Below, piece after piece: positions 41,600 through 55,578 of a DNA stretch of 64,000 nucleotides (position 1 is its first letter; every line of letters starts with the position of its first letter). The translations under genes were made by a program, and so were the position numbers. This stretch comes from Nemertoderma westbladi (taxonomy: Eukaryota; Animalia; Xenacoelomorpha): assembly GCA_032718475.1 (NCBI GenBank), contig JAUCBJ010001036.1:1952-65951 (forward strand), given 5' to 3'. Below the pieces are notes generated by a model. It did not search any database, was not told where the DNA came from, and saw nothing but the letters and a program-made list of their open reading frames with translations.

Positions 41600-43790
41600 G
41601 AGTGGATGGGTATATACTATATTTACCCTACTGTTAACTTTCGAGAAAATATTTTTCACTGTACTTTCTCCTGATAAGCAGTTATCCAATGTGGCGCCTA
41701 AATATTTAACTTCCTTTTTATTTTCAATCTTATGTCCATTACTAGTGACTTCAAACTTAGTTACCTTCTTTAACTTTCTTTTGGAACCAAACAAAATACT
41801 TTCAGTTTTACCGTAGTGAATGGATAGCTTATTATCAACCAACCACTCATTACAGGATTCTAGAACTGCACTTAACTTTTGGGAAATATGGATAGGATCT
41901 TTATGAGAGAAAATAAGAGCACTGTCGTCGGCATATAAAATGAGTTTAAAATCGGGATCTATACTACTTATCATATCATTTACAAGGCATACAAAAAGCA
42001 GAGGACCTAATATACTACCTTGCGGTACACCACAGGTAATCTCTTGTACAGTAGACAGCGATTTGCTAATGACTACAGTTTGACCTCTGTCTGACAGGTA
42101 GGACTTGAACCAGTCTATAGAACCTACACCCATCAGGCCTAACTTACCAAGCAGAATTTCGTGATCTACAGTATCGAAAGCCTTTTGTAGGTCCAACATT
42201 ACCATACCAGTATATAAACCCTTTGCGTTATTACATCTAATTGTATCAGTTAAGTTAATAAGGCAGGTGTCTGTAGAATATGATTTACGAAAACCGGACT
42301 GAAGTTCATAGATCAGATTTAGCCTACTAAGATGTGCCTCCAGCTGTAGAAAAACAGAACGTTCTAGAATTTTAGATACAATACTTAAGATACTAACAGG
42401 TCTGTAATTACAGGGTTCTACTTTACTATTCTTTTTATACAAAGGAACAACCTTAGCTAATTTCAGTTCGTCTGGTACTACATTATCTACGATAGAGTAA
42501 TTAATAATAAAAGTAATAGGCACTTTAAGTACTTCAGCACCATCCTTAAGAAAACGGGCAGGTATTAGATCTAGACCGGTACTTTTTGAGGCTGATAGGC
42601 TCAGTAGATTTTTAAAAACGAAATCCTCAGAAACGGGTTTTAAAAATAACTTTTCTGAATTTTGTAACTTTTCTAAATAAAAATTATTTAGAGTTTCGGA
42701 CCCTATACTATATTTATTACTTGATAACGGTAATTTCTTAACTAAATTAGAGGCAACATTAGTAAAATAATTATTAAATAAATTACTAACTAGAGTATGA
42801 TCATGAATCAGCTCACCGTTATCTTGCAGAACAATATTCGATTTAGATTTAAGGTTTTTATAACCTAAAGATTTTAGGGTAGACCATAGACTTTTAGGAT
42901 TATCTTTATTCTCACTTATTTTGTTGTACAAATATTCAGATTTAGCTTTTTTTATTTCCCGTTGGACAAGGTTTCTATATTTGCAGTAATTATTATAATC
43001 AGCTAAAACACGGTATTTCCTAAATTTATACAAATAGTTATCTCTTTCTCTGATATTACTAAGAATACCCGAGGTCATCCAGGGCTCAGTGCGTTGTTTA
43101 AGACTAATTTCTTTAATTGGTGCTACAGTATTAAGTGCCTTTAAAAATATATCTTTAAAAACAGTGTACGCAAGGTTAATGTCAGCGGCCTTAAAACAGG
43201 GTTCCCAGTCAGAATTAACTAACAAACTTAAAAAGCGTTCCTTGCTGTAATTTTTCATAGACCTAACTGTTACTGTTTTATGATCCCCGAAAAAAGATTT
43301 TTGTGTCTTTCTTGTGCAAAAAACTATAAAATGATCGCTTAGACCTATAGGTAAAACCCCAGATTGAGAAATAATATCGGTATTATTACAAAGGATGTGA
43401 TCTAGTAAAGTAGAAGTTTTACTGGTAATTCTGGTAGAATCTCGAATAATTTGTTTTAAACCAAACAAATTTAAAATACTTTGGTACTGCTTACAGATGG
43501 GGGATGCTTTGTGATGGTAACAGATATTAAAATCACCTAAGAAATATATTTCGCAGTCTGACCTAAGATTACATAAAATTGTATTTTCAAAATTTTGCAA
43601 AAAATCTGATTGTTTAGGGGGCCGATATAAAGTACCGATTAAAATAGGTTTAGTTTTAGGAAGTAAAAGTTCCACCAGTAAAACTTCGTCACAAGTCTCT
43701 AAATCTTCCCTACGATTAAAAGCTAAATCACATCGAATGTAAGTACAGACACCACCACCGTGTCTGTCCCTATCCTTACGTAATATAAAC
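41600..43790 (-). mobile_element. CR1/L2-group LINE ORF2 (endonuclease + RT), truncated at both ends
   Basis: 696-aa ORF with [59 protein letters not shown] and KYLG. Confidence 0.92.
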
Positions 43791-44841
43791 GTAAACGCTT
43801 ATAAATACGCTTATTTAACAGAATTAATAATTCAAGTGCAAGCAAACTAACAGTCAGCCGAAGCCGTAGGCGATAGCTGCTACCCGATGGTAGGGGTGGA
43901 CGCTACTCCTATCCCAAGATTTGCTGCCAGTTATTTAAGTGGTACTCATTTTATCGACCCCAGTGGATGAAAGGCTGAGTGGACCCTGGCGGGGCTGAAC
44001 CTACAACTCAGTTTCTCAGTTTTCTTCAGTCTCTCGTTCACGTATGTTCAGCATACTTTCATTATATGGGATTACTGAAGAAATTATTGCAGCAATCAGA
44101 TCAGTATACGATGGTTCGACAACATTTCTGTCTACTGTTGATCTGATATGGGGCGTCCTCCAGGGAGAAACAATTGCACCATTCTTGTTCATAATTGTGG
44201 TTGACTATGTTCTACGCATGTCCTTAGATCATCATAATGCTGATGGGGTGATGATAACTCCACCTACTGGCTCCAGAAGTCGATGAAATCCTCCCAAGTA
44301 CCTAACTGATCTAGACTTTGCTGATGACTTAGGAGTACTCTCAGAATCACTAGAGTGAGCCCAATGGCTCCTCAGCTCATTAGAACATGAGGGATGGCAC
44401 ATTCACAAGAATGCTACGCCGGGTTCATTGTGTCAAGTACAATGCACATATCTCCAACCAGACACTATATAACATTGGAGGTGTCTCATTGGTTCCCCCA
44501 AGCTTGACACTAGAACAAAATCGCCTCCGCTTTGCAGGACATTGCTTTCGCCATGAGGACCAGCCAATGCATAATCTTGTACTTTGGCAGCCTCATGGAG
44601 TGAATAAGCATGGTGGACAGCCCATGGCGTTCTTGAGACGCATCTTAAAGGACACTGGCCTTGAAGATGCGGATGATCTAGCAAATGTCATGGGTGATAG
44701 CGAGTTGTGGTGGCGCAATTTTGTCGACAAGCCGGCACAGCATTCTTAAAAAGGCAGCTGAAATGCAGCATGCCGATCCTAGTAGAACCTACAATCAATA
44801 GAGTGCAGGCCCGGCGCTCAGCCAACTGAGCTACCCCCACC
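43790..44841 (-). mobile_element. tRNA-derived SINE split by an RTE insertion
   Basis: Head GGGGGTAGCTCAGTTGGCTGAGCG at about 44795-44841. Body CACTCAGCCTTTCATCC...GGTCGATAAAATGAGTACC at about 43940-43996, a core motif widespread in animal SINEs. Confidence 0.7.
44007..44784 (+). mobile_element. 5'-truncated, internally deleted RTE copy (second family) with TSD
   Basis: Highly similar to 26052-27170, with a deletion junction near 44387, a TAGTAG tail, and flanking duplication GAACCTACAA (43997-44006, 44785-44794). Confidence 0.88.
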
Positions 44842-45251
44842 TTCGAAAATTCAAGTAACTTGGTGTAATTCGCTCTGTATGCTATGTGGACCGCTGTTCC
44901 CACATACAATTTATGCAAAATAATACAAGTGCGTGGTAATATTAATTGTTAACTATTTGTTGTGGTCACGGTCAGTGTTAATTGATGTTATACATAATAC
45001 ATAATGATGCACATAATGATACATAATACATAATGATAGATGTACATCTAAAATACTTTAAGTAATATATTCTAATTTATTATTAATTTTTAATATTAAT
45101 CTTTTGTGCTAGATTGGTATTCAATGAATAATAATTTTAAAGTTGGGATGTGTACTACAGAAAAACTGCTAATCCATCTTGCAAAAATAAATTCTTACAT
45201 TAGGAGTCGAATAGTAATGCTTCACGATATTTTTCAACACCTGATATTTAA

Positions 45252-45372
45252 CTCTCGATATTTTTCAAGTCTCGATATTTTTACTCTCCATATTTTTACT
45301 CTCCACATTTTTACTCTCCATATTTTTGCTCTCGATATTTTTACTCTCGATATTTTTCAAGTCTCGATATTT
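45252..45372. repeat. 15-bp tandem repeat (CTCGATATTTTTACT)
   Basis: About eight degenerate copies. Confidence 0.8.
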
Positions 45373-46940
45373 TACACCATTACCTCTTCCTACTTACCTA
45401 ATGTATCTTCATCTCTTGCAATTGTATTAATGATGAAACGAGAGAAAGTCGCCCCAATATTAGATTATTACAACAACATATCCATTGGGTAAGAAAGTGG
45501 AGGAGAGCCAGCCCGTCTCTTAATTTTTTAGTTTATATTACGCGATCAATTTTCACTCATCTCGTCATGAACCCAACATGTATGTAACCTTTTGTTAAAT
45601 TTGTTGGCTATGCGTTTGCGGTTGTTTGGGCGGAGTGTGGTAGGCCTACACTTTTCACACTTAAATATTTTGGTTGTGAAATGTTACAGGGCATAGCTAT
45701 CTGAGATATTTCATTTATATTTTATTATGAGAGGAAGAAGAACATACAACGTTATTTACTATGTAACAAAATAATTGTTTTCGGGTTTAACTTGGATGCC
45801 TCTCCAAATAGTTGATATACAATTATATTTAAAATTATTTCCATGGTCATGGTCATTCACCCGTCTTTAGTTAGAAATTTGTTTGCATGAAAGACAGTTT
45901 AGTTTAGTTTTTACTGATTTATTATCTCTTATCTGACTGGGGTAATAATAAAGGATAGGATAAATGGAAGCAAGTGTGACAGTAACAAATATTTCCCCGT
46001 CACCCTAGCATGTCTTAAGTATAGGATATATCAAAGGGGGAAGTTTGGATTCACTGCATAAATGCAGTTCACCAAACTTCCCCCGAATGCACACTGTAAC
46101 TTCCCCCTTCCCCCAAATATCCACTGTTAAATTAATTTGAGGCGATATAATAAGTACAAAATTGTGCGAGTTTTTAATTGTGTGGTCCAATTGTTATTTG
46201 ATTTCTATTTATTATTTAAAGTGCATTTAATATCACACTGGTTTTTAGAATATTATACTATACAACCTTATGTTTTATTAATTTACCCAATCGAAGCCTC
46301 ATAAAGGCCGGTTATTTGTACGCATATCCCCTAATGCGCTCAGTAAGGTTCAAACAACATATTAATATGAAAATAAAGTATCTGCAAAGAAAATAACCCA
46401 ATACTATATAATTTGACCTTATTAAAAAATTTGCACTTTTGCACACTTATTTGTACAAATGCACTTTAGCAGATCGTAATGGTGGCTCTTATTTAACAAA
46501 CTTATGTTTATCCTCTACCGATCTACGATGGTGTATGATCATCAAGTGTCAGTCGCTAAAAGTGTCAAAAATCCAATTTAATAAATCTGGATTTGCGATT
46601 TTGGACCATATTCATGGACATTTTAAGTCACTTTATAGACATAAAAAGTTAAACAAATGTTACGATTATAGTTAGAAATCATTCCAAACTACATTTTAAT
46701 CCAAAAAATAACATTCTACGATGAATAGAACTGGAAATAATAGTGTTTGAAATATCGAAAAATGTTCACTATTTAAGTGCATTTTGCACTAAGTGCACAT
46801 AAGTCTTTTCCCAAGTTGTATCCTATTTCACACACTACAATCTATCCTCTATTCAATGAAAAAAGTTTCAGATTAAACGGCCCTGTAGAACCGAAGTTAT
46901 TTATGTTTAAAAATAGTCACTCGAAAATTTCAAATTCTCT

Positions 46941-47014
46941 TGGTCACATAGTCTAGTGGTTATCAATCACGTTAATGAAACCTAAGTTCGCGGGTTCGAA
47001 ATCCAATATTGACC
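46941..47014 (+). pseudogene. Degenerate tRNA-like sequence inside an unclassified repeat
   Basis: GGTCA..TAGTCTAGTGGTTA (A box)...GGGTTCGAAATCC (B-box-like)...TGACC. The anticodon arm is not convincing. Confidence 0.35.
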
Positions 47015-48734
47015 TGACCATTCTTAATTTTTTTGCAAAAAAAATTATTTTTATTTTTTCACTAAAATCGCTCTAACTTCGATTCTGGTGGTCCAAATTC
47101 AATAAAATTGGTATATTCTTTGCCGTAATTTTTTTCTTAATCTTTTGAGAAGGGGTTATTTTTGGCCCCAAAAAAATTTAAAAAAAGGGCCAAAATAACG
47201 CGATATTTTTCGACCCTTAAAATTCGTAATTTTAATTATATATGTTAAGATAAAAGATAGCGGAGTTAATTTGATACTTTTTACAGGTACTTTTGGCGCA
47301 ATACGCTAAATTATAATGGAATAGCGATTTGTTAAAAAAAAAAATTTTTCGTCCCTTTTTATAAATATTATATTTCACACGATCGCCTGCCGCTCCAGTT
47401 TTATAATACCTCCGGCGCTGTGATTAACGCTGTTAGATAGATAATTTAACGCACTATAAGTCTGTGTAAACAAATCTCCCGTAAGTTAAGTAGTTTTTGA
47501 GCTAGACGATTTCCCGCGAAGCAAGTTTGAAGCGCGAAATTATAATTTTGGCCCTCATTTTTTTAATATCATCCTTGGAGCAAAACCGATAGCATATTTG
47601 AATTCCCCGTATGGATATTGACTGTATAGAATGTACCTTAACCAACTAAAGTTAAAAATAAAAAATTATTCGATAAAAACTACTTTACAAATTCTGGCCC
47701 TTTTTGGCCCCTATTGCCGACATATTTTTTGTACCCCCATTCGATAGGAACGTAGCCCCAATGGTCTTCTACGAGTTTCATAAAAGAATTAGTGGATTCC
47801 TACCCGCGTCGTCGAATTAAACATTTCGGAAATAAGTTTTCCAAAAAAGACGGACAAAAACGTACAAATTTACAGCCCCTTTTTCCACCCGAAATTTTAA
47901 TAAATATCTTACCCCCATTCGATACGAAGGTAGTACCACTCTTCCCCTTTATAAACGCGTTACTTTCGTCCCCGTACGATTAATATTAGCAGAGTTATAG
48001 CTAATCCCGCAAAGTCATTTTGTCCGTTTTTTCAACTTTGACGGACATTTTCGAAAAAAGGCGTGGTAATCTTTTTTGAAGAAAAAAACGAATTCACTAA
48101 TTAATCCCTTCTATCGTATCCCGGCGTCGGCTAAGCAATAACCTAGGGTTTTTTCGAGCCACTGTAGAGCGCCTTTCAAAAAAATTTTAAAATTGTCGAA
48201 AAAATGACGGTTTTTTGTCCGCTGTGTCCGTCGAAGGGTTAGATTTAATAATGTTAGAGTTGCTAATATCTTAGAATTCCGAGCCGCTCCCCTGGTGAGA
48301 AAATAAAAAAATTTGGTCAGTTCCTTCATCGAAAAGTCCCCCAGAATCCCAAGTTAACCTATATAGTTAGCGATGGCCTGCGGCTTTAGGAGCGGCCGCG
48401 GTATTCACCTCCCTCATAGCGGCCGCGGCGGTGTTGCGTCAAATGGAGAAATATTTATCCCACCTAGAATCATAATTTAGACAAAGTCCTAGATAGATAT
48501 CCCAAAAATATGAAATTCTACTAGGACTGTCCTGCTCCTGCTCCTGCCTATATGTCTACCTTGAAAATATGGCCTACAATTAGCAGTGGTGATCTTATTC
48601 CAGTCATTAAACTGCAGATCGGGAATAATTTGTGGTTTGATGTAACTGTGTAATACTTGAAATCATAACCATTGACTGATCCAACAGAACTAGACAAGAC
48701 CTTAGCCGCAAGCAAAATTGAACATTGAGGTATC

Positions 48735-51700
48735 ATGATTATTATAAACGGTATATCATGGTTTCTGCACAGGCCAGCCCAAATGCCCTTCACTAATTTT
48801 CAGATATTGACAAATTTTAGATCTAAATGCCATCCTGACGTGCTGGAGATTCCGGTGGATGAGGAGGGGCCATTCCAGCTCCAGCGTAAACAACGGCAAC
48901 GACATATCGTCGGTACCGGTGGTAGTGCAGGAACCGGGGCGTCTGGGGTTTCTGCTCATAAAACAAAAGCTGCTCCGGCTAACATCTTCGTCTTCCGAGT
49001 TCACAAGTCGGTAACTACCGCTGATCTAGTTTCTGATCTCGCTGAATCAGGTATCACAATCCAGGTCTCAGACATTGAAATAAAGTCCCATAGCGATACC
49101 AGATCGAAAAGTTATAAGATATCAGTTCCGCAGTCTGCTTATCAGAAGGCACTCTCCCCTGAAACGTGGGGAGCGGGGATTTGTGTTTGACCTTGGCGTT
49201 ATTATAGTAATAACTCGCAGGGGCGCATTGATAATAATACATGATCAGGGGTCGTGATGTCATTTCATAATCTTTTTGTTATTTAAATTTTAGCATTAGC
49301 GTGTATATATTCTAAACTCAATATTATACTAAAATGGCTACCTCAAATCCTACTGTTGTTAACAATAGTTTTTGTATTTCATCCTACAATAGCACTGGTT
49401 TGTCGCCGGATAAACGGGAATTTATAAATATGTTATTATTAGGGAGTGACATAGTCTGTTTGCAAGAACACTTTGTGCTAAGAGAGAATAGTTATATAAT
49501 AAAATCAGCTTTTAGCGACTATCAGTGCATAATACAGCCTGCAACTTATCCCGTGAATGAAATCCGTGCAGGCAGGCCATCAGGTGGATTATGTTATATT
49601 TTTCGAAATAAATTATCTAAATACATTTCTAGAATAAATGTGAAGAATACGCGTTTACAAGCAATACGTTTACATTTACAAAATGATAAACCATTGGTTA
49701 TTATCAATTCTTATTTTCCGGTTGACTCGCGTGATAATAATATCAGCGACGATTTACTTACGACAATAAACGATATTAAAGATATTATTTTATCAGTTAA
49801 TCAGTGCAATATTCTGCTCACAGGGGATTTTAATGCTGACTTCTGCCGCACTACGATGCACTGTAGTTTAATTAATCAAATGATACAAGAATTTCAATTC
49901 GATCGCCTTTGGGATTCTTACCCAGTTGACTATACATATACATGTTTTAGAGAGAATTCAGCATTTCATTCAACGTTGGATCATTTTTTCAGTAATTCAC
50001 AATTTTGTGAAAATATTTTTGATTCAGGTGTTATTCATACTGGTGTCAATTTGTCATTTCATTCCCCAATTTTTCTTAAGTTTAAAGTAAATGTTTCAAA
50101 TGTGCAATGCGATAGCAATGATAATGATAATGGTAGTAATATAGGTGAAGGTAATGTAAAATTTAAACGTTCCACTAATGATCAGCAACGTGAATTTATT
50201 AACCAATTAACTATCAGATTGAATTCATTAGCAGAACCGCTGCCTATGTGTACTCAGTGTAATAATATTTTTTGTAATGTTCCAGAACATTTGTTATCTA
50301 CTGAGAAATATGCCTTAGATATATTGGAAGCTATTGACCAGTGTAGCAGTAATATTTTACATCGTAGTAATGGAAGTAGGGGATCCCCCTTTAATCATCC
50401 TATTATCCCCGGGTGGTCTGAACGGGTGAAACCGTTCAGAGATGATGCTATGTTTTAGCATTCCTTATGGGTCTCGGCGGGTTGCCCTAATGTATCACAA
50501 AATAGCCACTTATATCATATGCGAAGGGTCTCTCGCGCTCAGTATAAATATGCTGTTCGCCGGGTGAAACGCTCAGCTGATAATGTGCGAAGGGATAAAT
50601 TAATTGAGGCCTGCTTGTTGAATAATACTGACATCTTTAAGGAAATAAGGAATCTCCGCTTCTCATCGAATAATGTTAGTTCATCGATCGATGGTTGTAC
50701 AGACCCGCAGTCTATCGCTGATCGATTTGCGGGAATCTATTCATCTTTGTATAATCAGCCATACAATTCAGATTTAGAAGCATTGAAGGCACTAATTGAT
50801 GCCAAGTTGGTAAATTGTACTCTGGACGATGTTCCTCGGGTTTCTCCGGATTTTGTTGCTGAGGGTCTCCACAGACTAAAAAGTTCTAAAACAGATGTGA
50901 CTTTTGGCTTTGATTCTGACTGTCTAATCCATGGTCCTCCTGAACTTTGTTTTCATCTCAGTAATCTATTTAATTCCTTTTTGACTCACGGATTCGTTCC
51001 GCAATTTCTTTTGAATTGTGTTATCATTCCATTGATCAAGGATAAGTTGGGCGATGATACAGTATCCGGAAATTATAGGGCCATCGCTTTGTCGTCTCTC
51101 CTGATTAAATTGTTTGAATGGGTGATGCTACTCGCACAGGCTGATTGTTTAAAATTAGATGAATTACAGTTTGGGTTTCAACGGGGATCTAGTACCACTC
51201 AGTGTACTTGGGCTGCAACTGAGGTAATTAGTTTCTATTCCAGAAATGCAACTCCAGGGTTTGGCTGTTTGCTTGATCTTTCTAAAGCATTTGATATGGT
51301 GGAATGGTGCAAGCTGTTCCTTGAGCTCTTAAAGAAGGGGTTTTCTCCGTTTTACATCCGGTCTCTGTTATTTATCTACAATAATCAATCTTGTGTAGTG
51401 CGATGGAATAATACGCATTCTGAGTCTTTTACATCGTCCAATGGGGTACGCCAAGGGTCTGTTGCCTCGCCAATCTTATTCTGTATCTTACTTGATAAGC
51501 TGTTTAGGAAATTAAGAAATTCCAAAGTAGGTTGCTTCGTGGGGTCTGTATATTTTGGGGTGGTTGGTTATGCCGATGACCTATTTTTGCTATGTCCGTC
51601 CATCGTAGGCCTTCAGCATATGGTTAAATTGTGCGAAGAGTTTGCATCGGAAAACAAGTTAATATTCAGCACGAATCCGAATCCGGACAAGTCCAAGTCA

Positions 51701-52573
51701 AAGTGTATAGCTTTCGGGCGGGTCTGGGTTAAGCCTTTAGCGACAATTAAGTTGAACGGTTCGCCTCTTCCATGGGTTAAGGAGGCGCTGCATCTCGGTA
51801 ACCTTCTTGACTTTAAAAACTCAATGGAATCTGATATCGTGCGTAAACGAGGGCAGTTTATAGGCAAATTGAATGCCTTAAGGCAGGAACTATATTTTTC
51901 GGACCCGTTTGTGCTTTGCAATGTACAACGTAGTTATTGCACTAGTTTCTACGGTAGTAACCTGTGAAACCTTTTTTCGCCAACATGTATAAGAATTTTT
52001 AGCACCTGGAATGTAAATGTTAGAATGATTTTTGGATTACCATTTAATTCTCATCGATATATTGTTGAAAACCTAGTGCAGTTTAAACACCCGTGTATTA
52101 TGCTTTACTCTCGCTTCGTTTCATTTTGTTTATCATTACGTAGGTCTAACAAAATGTGCATTCGTTTTCTTGCTAATATATGTTTAGTTGATTGTCGTAC
52201 CCGGTCTGGGAGAAATTTACGAGAAATAGGAAACATGTGTAACATATTTAATCTTGAATTGCTGACATCTCGTGCGGTATCTAATCTTACTTATGTACCG
52301 TTACTGAACGCAGATAAGTGGCGAGTTAATTTTTGTAGGGAAATTATTTGGTGCCTAAACAACGGAGGTATTGTAGATGGCTTTACCCGCCAGGAATTGA
52401 GTAATATTTTAAATAGTGTATCTTCATCATAATTAATTACCTTCTTAGATCTGCAGTACTTAGACATATCATATTATTTTATAATAGTGCTTGTATTATT
52501 AACCTATTGTGCTTTGTGTACCCATCTGTATATTTGGTGTACGAAATTAAATTAAATAAAATAAATAAATAAA
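48735..52573 (+). mobile_element. L2/CR1-group LINE with ORF1 remnant and near-intact ORF2 (49334-52432)
   Basis: One frame of about 1030 codons, broken only by two stops at probable Trp positions (50456, 51965). Motifs SYNSTG, CLQEH, GRPSGG, GDFN, LDHF, NYRAIAL, DLSKAFD, GVRQG and YADD, plus a (TAAA)n tail. Confidence 0.92.
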
Positions 52574-52599
52574 TGAAATTTAAATAAATTATATTGCAG

Positions 52600-52797
52600 T
52601 TCAGAAATGCTCAACAGTAGCAGGGCCACGACCATATCGGGATTGTGTTTTTCCATTCAAATATAATGGCACTGAATACACAAATACTTGTCCTGTTGAA
52701 CCCAATGATCACCCTTGGTGTGCCACAGAAGTTGACAATGATGGAAGTTTCGTTGTTGGCTCTGGAAATTGGGGAATATGTGCCTGGCAGTGTATTG
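52600..52797 (+). CDS. Host gene exon D: fibronectin type II domain
   Basis: Acceptor atattgcag and donor TTG|gtatgt; 198 nt, phase 1-1. Encodes KCSTVAGPRPYRDCVFPFKYNGTEYTNTC...PWCATEVD...GNWGICAWQC, with the FN2 CxFPFxYxG, WCAT and WGxC signatures. It is absent from the ORF track. Confidence 0.92.
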
Positions 52798-53067
52798 GTA
52801 TGTTAAACATATACAACTGCTGTGTGAGTTGTATATATATGTACGATAATAACAAAATCTATTTTTATATTAATAAAAACTAGATATCTATTTATGTACA
52901 ATAACAACACAATTCATTTTTATTAATTACTAAACTAGATATCCATTTTTATGTTAATTATAACTAGATTCTCTATCTAGTTTGCATAATTTTTTAGATA
53001 AGACTTGTGGATAATTTAATAAATATTGTATAATATGTAGAACAAATAAATAAGGGCTATAAAACAT

Positions 53068-53690
53068 GGAAGCAGGACAATTCGGTCCCGGACAATTCGG
53101 TCCCGGACAATTCGGTCCCGGACAATTCGGTCCCGGACAATTCGGTCCTGGACAATTCGGTCCCGGACAATTCGATCTGGACAATTCGGTCCTGGTAAAT
53201 TCGGTCCCGGACAATTCGGTCCCGGACAATTCGGTCCCGGACAATTCGGTCCCGGACAATTCGGTCCCGGACAATTCGGTCCCGGACAGTTTGGTCCGGT
53301 CAATTCGGTCCCGGACATTACAGTCCCGGACAATTCGGTCCCGGACAATTCAGTCCTGGACAATTCGGTCCAGGACATGTCGGTCCGGGACAATTCGGTC
53401 TTGCTTGGACAATTCCGTCCCGACAATTCTGTCCTGGACAATTCGGTCCTGGACAATTTACTCCCGGACAATTCTGTCCCAGACAATTGGGTCCCGGACA
53501 ATTCGGTCCCGGACAATTCGGTCCTGGACAATTCGGTCCCGGACAATTCGGTCCTGGACAATTCGGTCCAGACAATTCGGTCCCGGGCAATTCGGTCTCG
53601 GACAATTCGGTCCCATTAATTTTGTGTTTTGGGACCGTATTGTCCGGGACCGAATTGTCCAGATACTGACTAGGACAATTCGGTCCCAAA
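53068..53690. repeat. 15-bp tandem array (GGACAATTCGGTCCC) with inverted copies at the right end; probable non-autonomous DNA transposon
   Basis: About 35 copies at 53075-53614 and inverted units GGGACCGAATTGTCC at about 53631-53660. Confidence 0.8.
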
Positions 53691-55088
53691 CAGGGGCAGT
53701 TTCATGGGGGGGATGTGGGGGTGGGACACCCCCCTAATTCCCAACTAAATGAAAAAGAGACGAAAATCCACGGGCAGCAGTGCGATATCTCATCGCGGTC
53801 AACGCTACAAAGTAAAATGCAAAACAGATACAGTAGGTGTGGAGCTATATTAACAATGGTTACAGGATAGAAAACAATAAAACATTTCACGATGGAAAGA
53901 CTGTCAGGTATGAAAGAATTTAGAGTCATTGTTACCGATAGCATGTGAAACGGATATTGTTGAAACTATCGAATTGAGTACAGTAATTAAGAACTGGATT
54001 AAAATAGGATTTAAAAAAACGTAAGATTCAATTCAAATAATTAAAACGATAATTTGTTGAATTGAATTTTTTTGTCAACTTTTATAAATTACTGTTAGTA
54101 GCCTACTACCTCGTTTTAAACATTAATATTTAGTTGTGATAATAGGGTTGCTGCGTGAAATTTTTCGAGCTGATATTATGATTGCATATTGTCAATTACT
54201 ATTATGATTATATTTAATTATTAATTAGGCCTACTATTATAATTATCACCGCATAAAAATATAAACATTTATTCGTGAATTGTTACTTTTTCGCTCGAAT
54301 GTACCCCAAAATAGGGAGAAAAAAGTTTCACTTTTTTACCTAAGGAAAATAGTAACCCGCAAGATTGCATTGATTTTACTTTTTTCCCTGCTTAAATTAA
54401 ACAATTTTTGGTGGAATTTCTTATAAATACAGTATGTGGTTTTTCTCCACATTTCACCACATTACATGTGGTAAAAGAGCATCAGCGTAGAAAAGGTTTG
54501 CACGTAATTGGAGCAAAATCCAGACACGGTCTCAAAAGTTATTGCAACTTTAGTGTCTGCACGGCGTACTCTAAAACGGAATTCAGTATCTAATATTAAT
54601 AAGGTAGTTCCGTGCCCAGGTCACCGGGGTAATCATAATATTGTTGGGGGGAGTTTGATCTTTTACAGGTGACACAAAACTGATTTCGGTTGCCACATAG
54701 GAGGAACTTTTCAAACAGATTACTTAGATGGTCCAATATTAACATGTTGAATAGCTTAGCTCAATTGAAATCAGGCTAATTCCACGATATTATGAACAAT
54801 ATCAGTATTAGAAGGATTAGGGACATAAATACCTATTACATTATACGTATTTATTCGGGTATGATAATTGTATGGTACATTATCTTGAATGAATAATTTG
54901 AATGATAATGAATTTGAATGAGTAACCTTGACTGCATCTTTAGAGACTTTAGAGATCTTTGAGACCGTTATAGTGAACTCTATCTTAACACTAGGGTTCT
55001 TCAAGGCAGACCAATCATGCTGACCTGAGGAATTCTTAATAGGTTTAACAATGTTTTGTCTCCCAAGAATATTTCAATTAGGTAGTTA

Positions 55089-55578
55089 GGCCCCCTTCAC
55101 ACGGAGCAACTTGTTTCTGAAACTTGTTGCTGGACACCCTCACACACAGAAACTTGTTGCTGCACCTTGTTTCCGAAACTTGTTATTGTGTGTGAGGAGT
55201 CCAGCAACAAGTTGCTGCATCTTGTTTCAGAAACTTATTTCTGTGTGTGAGGGGGTCCAGCAACAAGTTGCTGGAAGTTATATTCCCAGCAACTTTTTTA
55301 AAAACCTTTTTCACATCCAATTTTTATATTAGAGCTAATATTCGATAAATTGAGTGATTTAATAATATATATAAATGACTGGACATGTTAGCTATTTGTT
55401 TTGAAATAATTGTTATTTTCTTGAGCAACAAGTTTCTATGTGTGAGGGGGTCCAGCAACGAGTTGCTGAAACAAGTTTCGGAAACAAGTTGCAGCAACTT
55501 GTTTCTGTGTGTGAGGGGGTCCAGCAACAAGTTTCAGAAACAAGTTGCAGAAACAAGTTGCTCCGTGTGAGGGGGGCC
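55089..55578. mobile_element. PIF/Harbinger-type (Tourist-like) MITE
   Basis: TIRs GGCCCCCTTCACACGGAGCAACTTG / CAAGTTGCTCCGTGTGAGGGGGGCC, 3-bp TTA duplication, and internal inverted subrepeats. Confidence 0.85.

Noticed and set aside
48372-48450. GC-rich GCGGCCGC repeat with CCTCCC upstream of the LINE, a possible HDV-like ribozyme
   Set aside because: I could not build the P2, P3 and P1.1 pairings of the nested double pseudoknot.
52954-53737. Collagen-like or pentapeptide ORFs (GPNCP, GQFGP, GTELS)
   Set aside because: They are translations of a 15-bp tandem repeat that is open in several frames on both strands.
54600-55080. Possible LINE endonuclease relic (GIYVP); similar weak traces near 9150-9540 and 21240-21600
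   Set aside because: Too few motifs to assign with confidence.
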